A DNA stretch of 64,000 bases from Candidatus Poribacteria bacterium (GTDB lineage Bacteria; Poribacteria; WGA-4E; PCPOR2b), in contig OZ242326.1 in assembly GCA_965208325.1 (NCBI GenBank), positions 3,680,001 to 3,744,000 on the forward strand, given 5' to 3'. The notes under the pieces were generated by a model, which saw nothing but the letters and a program-made list of their open reading frames with translations, had not been told where the DNA came from and did not search any database. The number at the start of each line of letters is the position of its first letter. Within the stretch, counting starts at the first letter, position 1. The position numbers and the translations under genes are program-made. Positions 20,068 through 30,054 of this stretch are shown one piece after another.

Positions 20068-20618
20068 TAGGCGCTCAAGTTCGGAAATCGATTAAGTTCA
20101 TGGGTTCACTTGTGCATTTTCGGACTAAGCTGCAGCGTTGCTGCTGGGCACGATTGTGCGATACAAGTATGGGTAAATGGGTTTATTCCTGTGGGCGGGA
20201 AATCCTTATGTGTAATGAGTAATGCGTAATGAGTAATGCGTAAACGGATAAGAGTTTGTAGATCGGGTTGAGCGGATTACACGAATTAATGTACAATTTA
20301 GCGAGGCGCTACGGAAGACTAACGACTTGCAAAGAGTCGATGCGCGGAGAGCCCGAAGAGGGGAGAGGACTATCGCACTCCCTATTCAGTCGCTTGATCC
20401 TTCGCTATTCGCTCTGTTGATCGCTCCCTATTCGGTCGCTTGATCCTTCGCTGTTCACTCAGTTGTTCGTTGGGTTACGCTGCGCGCACCGTAATTTGTA
20501 CGTCGTTAGGTTGTTAGAGCCCATCCTAAAACTGTAGGCAATCTGGTGAAAACCGCTAAACCAAACCTACAAGAGACTACAAAAGTTTCCGGCAATTTTG
20601 CTTTTGGTTCTTTTTGTA

Positions 20619-22154
20619 TTACGCTTCATAGCGAAGGTGGACAATTTTGTTGATTGCGTCAATGTAGGCTTTTGCGCTTGCTACGATTATGTCAATACTG
20701 GCGCCGTGACCAACAATCATTCGCCCGTTGTCCTGTACTTTAATCGTGACTTCACCGATGGCATCCTTGCCCTCGGTTACGGAGCGGATGCGGTAGTCCG
20801 TGAGGGTGAGCGGCATCTTGACAATGCGGTCGATTGCTTTGTAGGCGGCGTCCACGGGGCCATTACCGGTGGAGGCTTCCTCAAAAACCCCTTCTTCCGT
20901 TCGGACGGCTACAGTGGTCGTCGGGGAAATTTTCGTGCCACTGACAATCTGAATGTGCTCAATCTGGTAGGCTTCTGGGATGGAGCGAACCTCGTCTCTC
21001 ATGATAGCCTCAAGGTCCGCATCGTGGACGGCTTTCTTCTTATCCGCAACGACGAGAAAGCGTTCGTAGATTTTGTCGAGCTGATCGGGTGTAGTCTCAT
21101 AGCCGAGTTCATGGAGGCGGTGCCTGAGTGCGTTGCGTCCGGATCTCGGGCTAAGGATAATTTGGCTCTCCTGCCAGCCGACGTCTGACGGATCAATAAT
21201 CTCGAAGGTATCTCGCTGCTTAATTACGCCATCCTGATGAATGCCAGAACTGTGCGCGAAGGCATTGGCGCCAACGATGGCTTTGTTCGGTTGAACAGGT
21301 ATTCCCATAGTCCGGCTAACACGGCGGCTGATTGGAACGATCTCTTTCGTATTGATGTTGGTGTGGTAGGCTCCAAAATAGTCTCTGCGTGTGCGGATTG
21401 CCATCACAATCTCCTCCAGCGATGTGTTGCCGGCGCGTTCTCCAAGTCCGTTCATTGTGCATTCCACCTGCCTTGCACCTCTTTCAATGGCTTCTAGACT
21501 ATTGGCAACGGCGAGCCCGAGGTCGTTATGGCAGTGTACGCTGATGATTGCTTCATCAATGTTCGGCACATTCGCTTTGATGTTCGAGATTAGCTGTCCA
21601 AATTCAGCGGGGACGGTCCAACCCACCGTTTCGGGGATGTTCACGATTGTTGCGCCTGCCGCAATTGTCGCCTCGACCACTTCATACAGATAGCTTAACT
21701 CTGTACGTCCGGCGTCCATCGGCGAAAATTCCACGACTGCATCGGCGTGTCCATCAGATAGACTCTTCGCGTAGATGACGGCATCAACTGCCATTTTTAG
21801 CGTTTCTTCGGGTGATGTCCGCGTAATACGTTCTCTATGAATTGGCGAGGTGCCAACAAAGGTGTGAATGCGGGGTTTCGATGCGTCCTTAATTGCACCC
21901 CAGGCAGCGGTGATATCCTTTTCTATCACTCGTGATAGCCCACAAATTTCGGGCCCTTCAACCTCGTTGGCAATTCGCTTGACCGCATCAAAATCGCCGG
22001 GTGATGAGACAGGGAAACCCGCTTCAATGATATCGACATTCAGTTTCGCTAGGTGTTTGGCAATTTCTAACTTTTCCTCAAAATTCAGTGCGGCGCCGGG
22101 GGTCTGCTCGGCATCTCGAAGGGTTGTATCAAAAATGTAAACTTTTTCAGACAC
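20619..22154 (-). CDS. leuA: 2-isopropylmalate synthase
   Basis: IFDTTLRDAEQ, HCHNDLG, GERAGN, HSSGIHQDG and the C-terminal regulatory domain (GNGPVDA). GTG start at 22154 with AGGAG RBS. Confidence 0.93.
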   Translation of the reverse strand: MSEKVYIFDTTLRDAEQTPGAALNFEEKLEIAKHLAKLNVDIIEAGFPVSSPGDFDAVKRIANEVEGPEICGLSRVIEKDITAAWGAIKDASKPRIHTFVGTSPIHRERITRTSPEETLKMAVDAVIYAKSLSDGHADAVVEFSPMDAGRTELSYLYEVVEATIAAGATIVNIPETVGWTVPAEFGQLISNIKANVPNIDEAIISVHCHNDLGLAVANSLEAIERGARQVECTMNGLGERAGNTSLEEIVMAIRTRRDYFGAYHTNINTKEIVPISRRVSRTMGIPVQPNKAIVGANAFAHSSGIHQDGVIKQRDTFEIIDPSDVGWQESQIILSPRSGRNALRHRLHELGYETTPDQLDKIYERFLVVADKKKAVHDADLEAIMRDEVRSIPEAYQIEHIQIVSGTKISPTTTVAVRTEEGVFEEASTGNGPVDAAYKAIDRIVKMPLTLTDYRIRSVTEGKDAIGEVTIKVQDNGRMIVGHGASIDIIVASAKAYIDAINKIVHLRYEA

Positions 22155-22361
22155 TGTGTGACTCTCCTGTTTTGTGATTGTTCTATGTTCAGTACGATGT
22201 TCTAACGATATGAGATTGTCTTCAGCGTTACGTAAATCCGGTTCTTCGGAAGTTTTCAACCCCACCTTCTTCACCTCCTCCCGTGATGCGTGATAGGCAG
22301 TGCCGGTGGCTCGTGTCCAGTTGCGAGTAGAAGCGTTTTTGCTGACCAACGGTCACTGATT

Positions 22362-23435
22362 TTAAACTCTAGCCAAGTTTTTATGTGCTTCCTTAAGCAA
22401 AGATGCGGTTGTTTGGAAATCGATGCAACTGTCAGTGACAGAAACGCCGTACTCAAGCTCGGATGGATCAAAACCAGTTAAGTCCGAAGGTATTTTCTGA
22501 CTTCCGGCATTGATGTTTGATTCTAGCATGAATCCCACAATCCCATCATTGCCGTCGCGAACCTGCCTCAACACTTCCTGAAAAACAATTGGCTGATTTC
22601 TGTAGTCTTTCTCTGAATTTCCGTGGCTGCAATCAATAACGACGTTTGGCGGTAGATTTGCCTGTGTCAGCATCTGTTGAACATGCTCAATGCTTTCCGC
22701 ATCATAATTTGAGTTGTTACTGCCGCCTCTCATCACGATATGTGTATATCGATTACCCTTTGTCCGTACAATAGATGCATCGCCGATTTCATCGATTCCC
22801 AAGAAAGTGTGTTCATGTTTCGTGGATAGAATCGCATTAACAGCAACAGCGATGTCGCCGTGAGTGCTATTTTTGAATCCAACCGGCATTGAAAGGCCAG
22901 AAGCAAGTTGCCTATGTTGCGGCGACTCGGTTGTTCGCGCACCAATCGCCGCCCACGAAATTAAATCCGAGTTGTATTGAGGTGTGAACGCCTCCAAATA
23001 TTCAGTGGCACATGGCAAACCAATTTCAAGAACATCCATTAGAATCCTTCTTGAGAGATGCAACCCGTCTTTTATATGTCCGCCTTCGTTTAGATAAGGG
23101 TCGTAGATTAAGCCTTTCCAGCCTAAACTCGTACGAGGTTTTTCAAAATAGCATCTCATGGTAATCACTAAATGGTCTGAAACAGCATCGGCAATTTCTT
23201 TTAAGCCTGCGGCATAGTCACGTGCAGCCTTAGGGTCATGGATCGAACACGGCCCCACAATGACGACCTTTCTAGGGTCATCCCTGTCCAAGATATTTTT
23301 TATGCTTTTTCTTCCATATTCCATTGCCGAGGTCATTGTGTCTGTTCTTGGAAGATCAGTTAGCAATTGCTTCGGACTCATTAATGCATCATAGCTCTTG
23401 ATGTTTTGGTCAATAGCACCATTCTTTTCTGCCAC
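22362..23435 (-). CDS. aroG: 3-deoxy-D-arabino-heptulosonate 7-phosphate synthase, type I-alpha
   Basis: GPCSIHD, YFEKPR, GWKG, AIGARTTES, GFKN, DCSHGNS and YGVSVTDSC. GTG start at 23435 with GGAGG RBS. The aroF/G/H isoform cannot be resolved. Confidence 0.92.
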   Translation of the reverse strand: MAEKNGAIDQNIKSYDALMSPKQLLTDLPRTDTMTSAMEYGRKSIKNILDRDDPRKVVIVGPCSIHDPKAARDYAAGLKEIADAVSDHLVITMRCYFEKPRTSLGWKGLIYDPYLNEGGHIKDGLHLSRRILMDVLEIGLPCATEYLEAFTPQYNSDLISWAAIGARTTESPQHRQLASGLSMPVGFKNSTHGDIAVAVNAILSTKHEHTFLGIDEIGDASIVRTKGNRYTHIVMRGGSNNSNYDAESIEHVQQMLTQANLPPNVVIDCSHGNSEKDYRNQPIVFQEVLRQVRDGNDGIVGFMLESNINAGSQKIPSDLTGFDPSELEYGVSVTDSCIDFQTTASLLKEAHKNLARV

Positions 23436-23487
23436 CGCTGCTTCCTCCGAGTTTCCATGTAGTAGTCTTCGATACCGATATGTCTTG

Positions 23488-23532
23488 AAAATAAAAACGC
23501 CCACCACCGAGTTTTTGTTTCGATGATGGGCG
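23488..23532 (-). terminator. Intrinsic terminator (attenuator) 5' of DAHP synthase
   Basis: Minus strand CGCCCATCATCGA-loop-TCGGTGGTGGGCG (13-bp stem) followed by TTTTTATTTT. Confidence 0.85.
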
Positions 23533-23559
23533 ATTATCATTCATTGAATGCCGGATTTT

Positions 23560-23712
23560 CTATGGCTCCTCCATTATCTCAGCCAGCCCACCACCGCAGC
23601 GTAAGTACAACAAAAACGTGAAAAGAACGAAGGAATAAAGATAAACCGTGTACGACGCACCACTACTGTTGATTTGGTTTTCCAGGGCGGTAAGCGGTTG
23701 CATATTGAGCAT
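23560..23712 (-). CDS. Tyr/Phe/Leu-rich leader peptide (50 aa)
   Basis: Hand translation MLNMQPLTALENQINSSGASYTVYLYSFVLFTFLLYLRCGGGLAEIMEEP*. AGGA upstream; contains the antiterminator segment CGGTGGTGGGC. Confidence 0.75.
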   Translation of the reverse strand: MLNMQPLTALENQINSSGASYTVYLYSFVLFTFLLYLRCGGGLAEIMEEP

Positions 23713-23855
23713 GTTCTTGTCTTCCTATGTTCACGCCGGGTTAGTTTTCAGACCGTGCTACCCCAACATCTTGCGCTATCGATTGGTTCAATAAAATTGT
23801 AAACGCCGCAATGGGCGAACTTTTTCCACGAACCTAATACTCTTGAGTAAACCAT

Positions 23856-23885
23856 ATCTTAACAAACGTATTCGCAAGATGTCAA
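23856..23885 (-). promoter_or_regulatory. Sigma70 promoter for leader-aroG-leuA
   Basis: TTGACA-18-TAAGAT with extended -10 TG. Confidence 0.6.
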
Positions 23886-23897
23886 GGGAATTTTCGG

Positions 23898-23927
23898 TTG
23901 ACAACCTTTTTTTCTAGGTGTTATAGT
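23898..23927 (+). promoter_or_regulatory. Sigma70 promoter for serA
   Basis: TTGACA-18-TATAGT with extended -10 TG. Confidence 0.65.
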
Positions 23928-23965
23928 TACTTCACACCATCTATCTGATTTGGAGGCACTGTAAT

Positions 23966-25549
23966 TTGAGAATTCTAGTCAGCGATTCGCTGTCGCAGCA
24001 GGGTTTGGACCTGCTATCAAAAGAAGAGGATTTTGAAGTAGATTTCAAAACGAACCTTATTCCGGACGAATTGGTCGAACGCATCGGAGATTATGATGCA
24101 CTGATTATTCGAAGCGCTACTAGGGTGACGGATAAGGTTATCGAAGCAGCGAATCGTTTAAAAGTTATCGGGCGCGCTGGCGTCGGTGTAGACAATATCG
24201 AGTTGGACGCGGCAACACGGCGCGGCGTCCTCGTCGTCAATACGCCCGCAGGAAATACGATTTCCGCAGCGGAGCACACGCTTACGCTAATGCTTGCCCT
24301 TTCGCGTAGGATTCTTTCCGCAGGTATTTCCCTCAGAAACGGCGAATGGATGCGCAGCAGATTTACCGGTGTTGAACTGTATGGTAAAGTTCTTGGCGTG
24401 ATGGGATTAGGCCGAATCGGTTCCGAAGTAATTCGCCGCGCTCAGGCATTCGGCATGGAAACTATAGCATTTGACCCGTATATAACGTCTGGAGCAGCGG
24501 AGAAACAAGGTGTACGCTTGGTGAAACGTGATAATCTTTTCAAGGAGGCGGATTATATCTCAGTCCATATCCCGCTTACCCCGGAGACATACCATAGTAT
24601 TGGCGAACGCGAATTGTCGTTGATGAAGTCGGAATGCAGTCTAATTAACACAGCACGCGGCGGTATTATTGACGAAGATGAACTTTATAAGGCATTAAAG
24701 GCCGGACTCATTGCGGGTGCCGCACTTGATGTGTTTGAGGAAGAACCGCCTACTCGCAATCCGTTGCTAGCGTTAGACAATGTGTTAATGACGCCCCATC
24801 TCGGCGCATCAACTGCCGAAGCACAGGTTCATGTTTCCGTTGAGGTTGCTCAGCAGGTGATTAATGCTTTGCGCGGGCTCCCTGTGGCAGGGGCAGTTAA
24901 TCTCCCGAAAATGGATTGGCAGACAATAGAAGTTTTTGACCCTTATCTAACACTTGCGGAGAAGATTGGCAGCTTCCACGCGCAAATTGTCGACGGCCAA
25001 ATTTCCGAAATAAATATTCATTACACCGGTAGTCTCTTTGATGAAACGGACGTTTCACTCATCACTGTGTCCCTTCAAAAAGGGTTGCTAACACCGGTAC
25101 TACAAACGAACGTTAACTATGTGAACGCGCCATTCTTCATCAAACAACGCGGCATTCGGATTATTGAAACGAAAAGCAGAACGGATGGGAGTTTTGCAAA
25201 CGCGATTTCGGTCACGGTCGTGACTGACCAGGGCGAGCGCGTTATCGAAGGCACTTCATTCGGACATCAGGAGGCGCGAATTGTACGTATAGATCAACAT
25301 CATGTAAATGTAAAGCCCGGCGGTTACATGGTTTTGCTCTACAATCAAGACCAACCGGGGATGATTGGATTAGTGGGCACAATTTTGGGTGAAAATAACA
25401 TCAATATTGCAGATATGACCGTTGGACGTTCAGAGGTTGGAAAACTTGCAGTTACAATTATAAACGTAGATAGTCCGGTTCCCCGTGATGTGCTTCAACA
25501 CATTGAAACCCGTGATGAAATCTCATTCGTCAAACAGGTAAAGCTTTAA
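23966..25549 (+). CDS. serA: D-3-phosphoglycerate dehydrogenase with ASB and ACT domains
   Basis: RAGVGVDN, GLGRIG, INTARGG, TPHLGAST and the ACT motif DQPGMIG. GGAGG RBS before TTG. Confidence 0.95.
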   Translation: MRILVSDSLSQQGLDLLSKEEDFEVDFKTNLIPDELVERIGDYDALIIRSATRVTDKVIEAANRLKVIGRAGVGVDNIELDAATRRGVLVVNTPAGNTISAAEHTLTLMLALSRRILSAGISLRNGEWMRSRFTGVELYGKVLGVMGLGRIGSEVIRRAQAFGMETIAFDPYITSGAAEKQGVRLVKRDNLFKEADYISVHIPLTPETYHSIGERELSLMKSECSLINTARGGIIDEDELYKALKAGLIAGAALDVFEEEPPTRNPLLALDNVLMTPHLGASTAEAQVHVSVEVAQQVINALRGLPVAGAVNLPKMDWQTIEVFDPYLTLAEKIGSFHAQIVDGQISEINIHYTGSLFDETDVSLITVSLQKGLLTPVLQTNVNYVNAPFFIKQRGIRIIETKSRTDGSFANAISVTVVTDQGERVIEGTSFGHQEARIVRIDQHHVNVKPGGYMVLLYNQDQPGMIGLVGTILGENNINIADMTVGRSEVGKLAVTIINVDSPVPRDVLQHIETRDEISFVKQVKL

Positions 25550-25629
25550 ATTAAACCGTGTGACAATTTATGACTTTGGGAGAGATTTGCCGACAGCCAA
25601 AACTTTGTCAAATAGACTCAGAATAGGAA

Positions 25630-27096
25630 ATGAACCGTTGGGGCGCGTACTGCGGTGAAGGGCGCAAAGCAAGGAGTGTGAGTTTGGATTCCGACGAAAA
25701 GTGTTTATTTATCAATAGTCAGATACCAAAGGGAGGTTTATTTACTGGCGAAAAAAACGCAATACATTCGGATAGTAACATACCCTGGCGGCTGTCGCCG
25801 GAACCCTTCTGGCTTTCATCGGTGGAATTGGAGTGGTTCGAGAAGCTGGGCGATCATTTGTTGGAATTCTATCGAGTTTGTAATTTGCTATACTCGCAAA
25901 GTGTGCGGGGTATTCAGCCAGAATGGGTTGCGGCGTACCTCGATCAAGGGAAACCGGAACCGGTAGTCAATTATGGCAAAATGAACCGCATTAAGAGCCA
26001 AATCCCACAAGTCATCCGACCTGATGTGTTATCCACGGAAAATGGCATGATTATCGCTGAACTCGATTCCGTACCCGGCGGCATGGGATTCACAGGTAAC
26101 TTGGCAATGCAGTACGCCAAACTCGACTACGAAATTGTCGGCGGAAGCAATGGGATGGTTCTCGGTTTTGCGGAAATGATTAAATCTCTTACGAAGCACG
26201 AACGTCCAACCCTGGCAATCGTCGTCTCAGAAGAGTCCAAAGATTATTGGGACGAAATGAAGTGGTTTGAGTCGGCACTTCGCAAAATTCCATTGGACGT
26301 TTACACGGTCAAACCTAACGATGTCCTCTTCACGGAACATGGACTGTTTCTGGAATCCTGTCATGGTAAGGTACAAATTGATGTGCTCTACCGCTTCTTT
26401 GAACTGTTCGACCTGAAGAACATCCCGAAAGCCGAGTTGATGCTCTACGGCGCAAAGAAAAGAACGGTTGTCATGACGCCCCCGCCAAAAGCGTACCTTG
26501 AAGAAAAATTGCTTTTCGCTCTGTTCCACCATCCTACATTGCAGCCGTTCTGGTGTCGAGAACTTGGTAAAGAATCTTACGAATTGCTAACGAACCTCAT
26601 TCCACAAACATGGGTGCTTGATCCCCGCGAATTGCCGCCCCATGCGATTATTCCGAATCTGGAAATTGATGGGATGCCCGTTACGAATTGGCGGCAGATT
26701 ACCCCCGTGACACAGCGTCAACGCCGGCTTGTGATTAAACCTTCAGGATTCTCGGAGTTGGCATGGGGGAGCCGCGGCGTTGTCATTGGACACGATTTGT
26801 CGACCGAAGATTGGGAGAAAGCTGTGGAGAACAGCTTAGCGAGTTTCCATCGAACGCCCTACATACTTCAACAGTTCCATAAAGCTAAACGTGTTCGGAT
26901 GGAATACTACGATTTTAATACCGGGCAAGTGCGTTCTATGGCAGGCAGAGCATTGCTTCGGCCCTACTATTTCATAACAGGGGAAAAAATCCGCCTTGGT
27001 GGGATCCAGGCGAACATTTGCCCCGCGGACAAAAAGTTGCTGCACGGCATGGTCGATTCAATCATTGTGCCTTGTGCGCTCAAGCCTGCCGCGTAG
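25630..27096 (+). CDS. ATP-grasp-like protein (glutathionylspermidine synthase / circularly permuted type), function unknown
   Basis: IRPD..IAELDSVPGG, VLYRFFE, VIKPSG..GSRGVVIG and YILQQF motifs. Start may be GTG 25678. Confidence 0.6.
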   Translation: MNRWGAYCGEGRKARSVSLDSDEKCLFINSQIPKGGLFTGEKNAIHSDSNIPWRLSPEPFWLSSVELEWFEKLGDHLLEFYRVCNLLYSQSVRGIQPEWVAAYLDQGKPEPVVNYGKMNRIKSQIPQVIRPDVLSTENGMIIAELDSVPGGMGFTGNLAMQYAKLDYEIVGGSNGMVLGFAEMIKSLTKHERPTLAIVVSEESKDYWDEMKWFESALRKIPLDVYTVKPNDVLFTEHGLFLESCHGKVQIDVLYRFFELFDLKNIPKAELMLYGAKKRTVVMTPPPKAYLEEKLLFALFHHPTLQPFWCRELGKESYELLTNLIPQTWVLDPRELPPHAIIPNLEIDGMPVTNWRQITPVTQRQRRLVIKPSGFSELAWGSRGVVIGHDLSTEDWEKAVENSLASFHRTPYILQQFHKAKRVRMEYYDFNTGQVRSMAGRALLRPYYFITGEKIRLGGIQANICPADKKLLHGMVDSIIVPCALKPAA

Positions 27097-27263
27097 CTCG
27101 CTAGGACTAATGCCGCCCACCGTGAATCCCAATTGGAAAAACCATGTAATGAGTTGACAAGTGTAGATGTGGTCGCGTATTATGCGAATGGTGCGGGTGT
27201 CAGACGTTAATTCCTGCATCCGTCAATTATTCCACTGTTTCACTTTACCTCTAAAACATGAGG

Positions 27264-28934
27264 TTATTTGAAAAACAGATCGAAATGCGCAAAGCATGCC
27301 ATATCCGGGCGCTCTACGCCATATGCCGCCGCTGTGATTCCGAGTTTTAGATTCGGGTGCTCCTTATGCAAATAATCAGCGAGCGCAAAAATCCAGTGAT
27401 ACATTCCTCCGATGGATTCCTTGCGGCTGTAATGCGCATGGTGGAATGCGCCACAGCCTTTTAAAGTACTGTCTTCGGTGCCAATAATCGGCCGATCGAA
27501 AATGAGGACATCCGCCTGGGATTCTTTGAGCAGCGCCTTAACAGCCTGCATCAGGTAGTTGCCGTACTCGCTTAAAACACAATAAGTAGCGGTATGGTTT
27601 TCGGGAATTGCCGATGTTGTTGCTTGCATCCTTTCATTCAGATGTCCCACTTCCGCTGGGCGTCGACTTGCCTTAATCTGTCCTTCGTTACTTCTTCCTA
27701 TTTTCTCCTGCCAATCTAATGACGACAGATTTATTTCTGGCGTTGGCTTAAGTTGCCACGCGGGTTCATTTAGAAACGCTTTGTTAATTTCAGCAAGCGG
27801 GATCCGAATCCCAAACTTTCCGCCATGGTCATGCACATGTTTTCCCATCTGCTTCAATCTGGGTAGACTATTGATGTTCCAGTCATAATCGACCATGATC
27901 AGATTTCCGTTAGATTTCTGTGTTGGCACGCGATAGTGAGGACTGATTTGCGCCCATGTGATTTGGGCGGGTTGGGCAGGCATTTCTTTTGACGGGAGGA
28001 GAGGGGCCGCTATAAAACCGTTAAGTTTTTCACGCACGGCGGTATGTGCATTGTCCTGAAAGAGCATCGTCCAAACCTTGGGTGTATTGAGCGTCTCTTT
28101 AGGGCGCACACGTATTTCGGCACCGTTCACATGCGATGTTGGCTTTAGTGCGATTGATATCGTATTCCTATCTGAGTGAACATGATAGTGTTTGAGGAGG
28201 CCTGGACTTTCATTTCCCAGCACGATACCGCCATTGAAGTTACTATTTTGGACAATTGCAAACGGCTCCGTTGAACCGCCTGCCCAAGATTCTGGCTGTG
28301 CTTGTGTTAAACCGTTCCTCCAGATTTGGGGATTATCCACTCTCCCTCCGGCGAATGAAAGGGATTCAATTTCTATGTCCTCAACAAAAAACGCCGAATC
28401 CGTAAGATTCTGGATCGACAACCACTTACGAATAACCGGTGAGTTTGGTGAAATTTCATAGTGGATTTTCAGGTGTAAATCCGGAGATTCTGAAATGTGA
28501 GCGAGTTGAATTGTGATCCGTCTCACTCCAAATCGTTGCTCAATCCGATGTGAATTATAGGTAAGTTCCTTATTATTTCCGGAAAAGACCGTCTCTCCAA
28601 CCCGAAAGCGAAATTCCTCGTTCGGCAATTCGACGTAATTTTTACCCGACGGTTTGTAGGTGTAGCGGACGGTCTGACATGAGTTCAAGTCAATCCATCG
28701 CTCTATCCAGCGGTTCCCCATGTACAGCACGTTGTTTTTGGCGTCGAAACCGGCATAATGTCCAACTGTCGTCAGAGGCTGAAGGTAGCTTCTCAGTTCA
28801 GCAGTCGAGATTGAAGTCTGTTGTGTGCTGCACGCCGGCAATCCGATAGCACTCAAGATTAGCAAAACATAGGCTAGCCGGGATTGAAGTTCTTGATTCA
28901 ACTGGATATGCCTGATAAATGGTGTGGCAATCAT
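27264..28934 (-). CDS. Putative lipoprotein resembling a divergent GH36/alpha-galactosidase-like fold
   Basis: LPAC lipobox; VIRKWLSIQN beta-sandwich segment; GGKFGIRIP and a TIM-barrel-like C-terminal half. Confidence 0.45.
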   Translation of the reverse strand: MIATPFIRHIQLNQELQSRLAYVLLILSAIGLPACSTQQTSISTAELRSYLQPLTTVGHYAGFDAKNNVLYMGNRWIERWIDLNSCQTVRYTYKPSGKNYVELPNEEFRFRVGETVFSGNNKELTYNSHRIEQRFGVRRITIQLAHISESPDLHLKIHYEISPNSPVIRKWLSIQNLTDSAFFVEDIEIESLSFAGGRVDNPQIWRNGLTQAQPESWAGGSTEPFAIVQNSNFNGGIVLGNESPGLLKHYHVHSDRNTISIALKPTSHVNGAEIRVRPKETLNTPKVWTMLFQDNAHTAVREKLNGFIAAPLLPSKEMPAQPAQITWAQISPHYRVPTQKSNGNLIMVDYDWNINSLPRLKQMGKHVHDHGGKFGIRIPLAEINKAFLNEPAWQLKPTPEINLSSLDWQEKIGRSNEGQIKASRRPAEVGHLNERMQATTSAIPENHTATYCVLSEYGNYLMQAVKALLKESQADVLIFDRPIIGTEDSTLKGCGAFHHAHYSRKESIGGMYHWIFALADYLHKEHPNLKLGITAAAYGVERPDMACFAHFDLFFK

Positions 28935-29184
28935 ACACTTAGATTATCAGCGAGGAGGTAGGGTAGCGGCATGGCGAATCATAGCACAATTTGAGGCTTT
29001 ACACCAGTAACTTCAAAGCGATTATCCCGTTTTACGGATGACGGCAATCCATGTAGTGAATTTTGCAGAAAATTATTTGATTGAGAGACGGCGAATATTT
29101 TATGGCTGTGCGCAGGCCAAGTTCGTGCTGAAAAATATATGTGTTTTGATGTTTCGTTAGATTTTTCGTGTTGCCCTAAGCGTC

Positions 29185-29214
29185 TTGACTATCGCCGAGG
29201 GGTACGAGTATAAT
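29185..29214 (+). promoter_or_regulatory. Sigma70 promoter
   Basis: TTGACT-18-TATAAT upstream of 29291. Confidence 0.55.
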
Positions 29215-29290
29215 ACGGAGAGGTTTACAACGTTAAATGCTATGGCCGCGACAATTCAAATTCTCAATACCTCTACATTGGGAGACAGCG

Positions 29291-29974
29291 ATGATGAAGA
29301 AAACTGTTGGTATGATTTCGGCGCTCTTATTGTTTTGTTCAGCTGCGCCGTCAGGTCGTGCGTTGATTGATGATTTCGACGATGGCAATTTTGATGGTTG
29401 GAAGGTGCAATCAGGAATTTGGAAGGTCAAAAACGGGGAACTCAATTATAAGGGCGGAAGTGGAATTTGTGGGGCTTCATTGTATTATGAAGAAGGTTTA
29501 GAATGGACGGATTACGAGTTTGAAGTTGATATGAAGTTTACTACTCGCAATGATTGGCCGGGCGGCATTCGTGTGCGGCTGAATCCCGATACCGGCGGGA
29601 GTTACTTTACGTGGGTATATCCTACGCAGACCGCAATTATGGTCTACATTGCAGATGCCTGGGACTGCAATAATAACAGAGGTATAGCACAAAGACGTGT
29701 TTGGGAACCGCCCGAATTAGGCGAATGGGGTCAATTGAAAATGGTGGTCGAAGGGAGGGAGATCCAGTCGTGGTGGAATGGCGAGAAGATCCTTTCCATC
29801 AAAGACAAGGCTTGGGAGAGGGGTACTATTTCTTTCACCACATTCACTGAAGACGTATTCTTCGATAATGTCCGTGTCGCTGGACCGGGAATCCCGCTGG
29901 ATCCGGGTGAAGCTGTTGAGCCAGAAGGGAAGCTGACAACCACTTGGGGCAAGCTCAAAAGCAGTTATAGTTGA
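29291..29974 (+). CDS. Secreted DUF1080/LamG-like beta-sandwich protein with C-terminal AVEPEGKLTTTWGKLKS tail
   Basis: GGAG RBS, signal peptide, DDFDDGNFDGW..WTDYEFEVDM..FFDNVRV. Confidence 0.75.
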   Translation: MMKKTVGMISALLLFCSAAPSGRALIDDFDDGNFDGWKVQSGIWKVKNGELNYKGGSGICGASLYYEEGLEWTDYEFEVDMKFTTRNDWPGGIRVRLNPDTGGSYFTWVYPTQTAIMVYIADAWDCNNNRGIAQRRVWEPPELGEWGQLKMVVEGREIQSWWNGEKILSIKDKAWERGTISFTTFTEDVFFDNVRVAGPGIPLDPGEAVEPEGKLTTTWGKLKSSYS

Positions 29975-30054
29975 ATAGCAGCGATTTAGCTCCGAAATTT
30001 CCTGGCGTGTTCAGTATCCCTTTTATCTAATTCACCAGAGGGCGCGATTCTTTT

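Noticed and set aside
22155..23540. Track starts for leuA (22349) and DAHP synthase (23540)
   Set aside because: The DAHP extension runs through the terminator; RBS-backed GTG starts at 22154 and 23435 give family-typical lengths.
23578..23620. Trp-Trp codons (CGG TGG TGG) in the -1 frame of the leader
   Set aside because: No start codon in that frame, and the bases are explained as the antiterminator arm; stalling there would favour termination. Revisit only if reads show an extra T in the T5 run.
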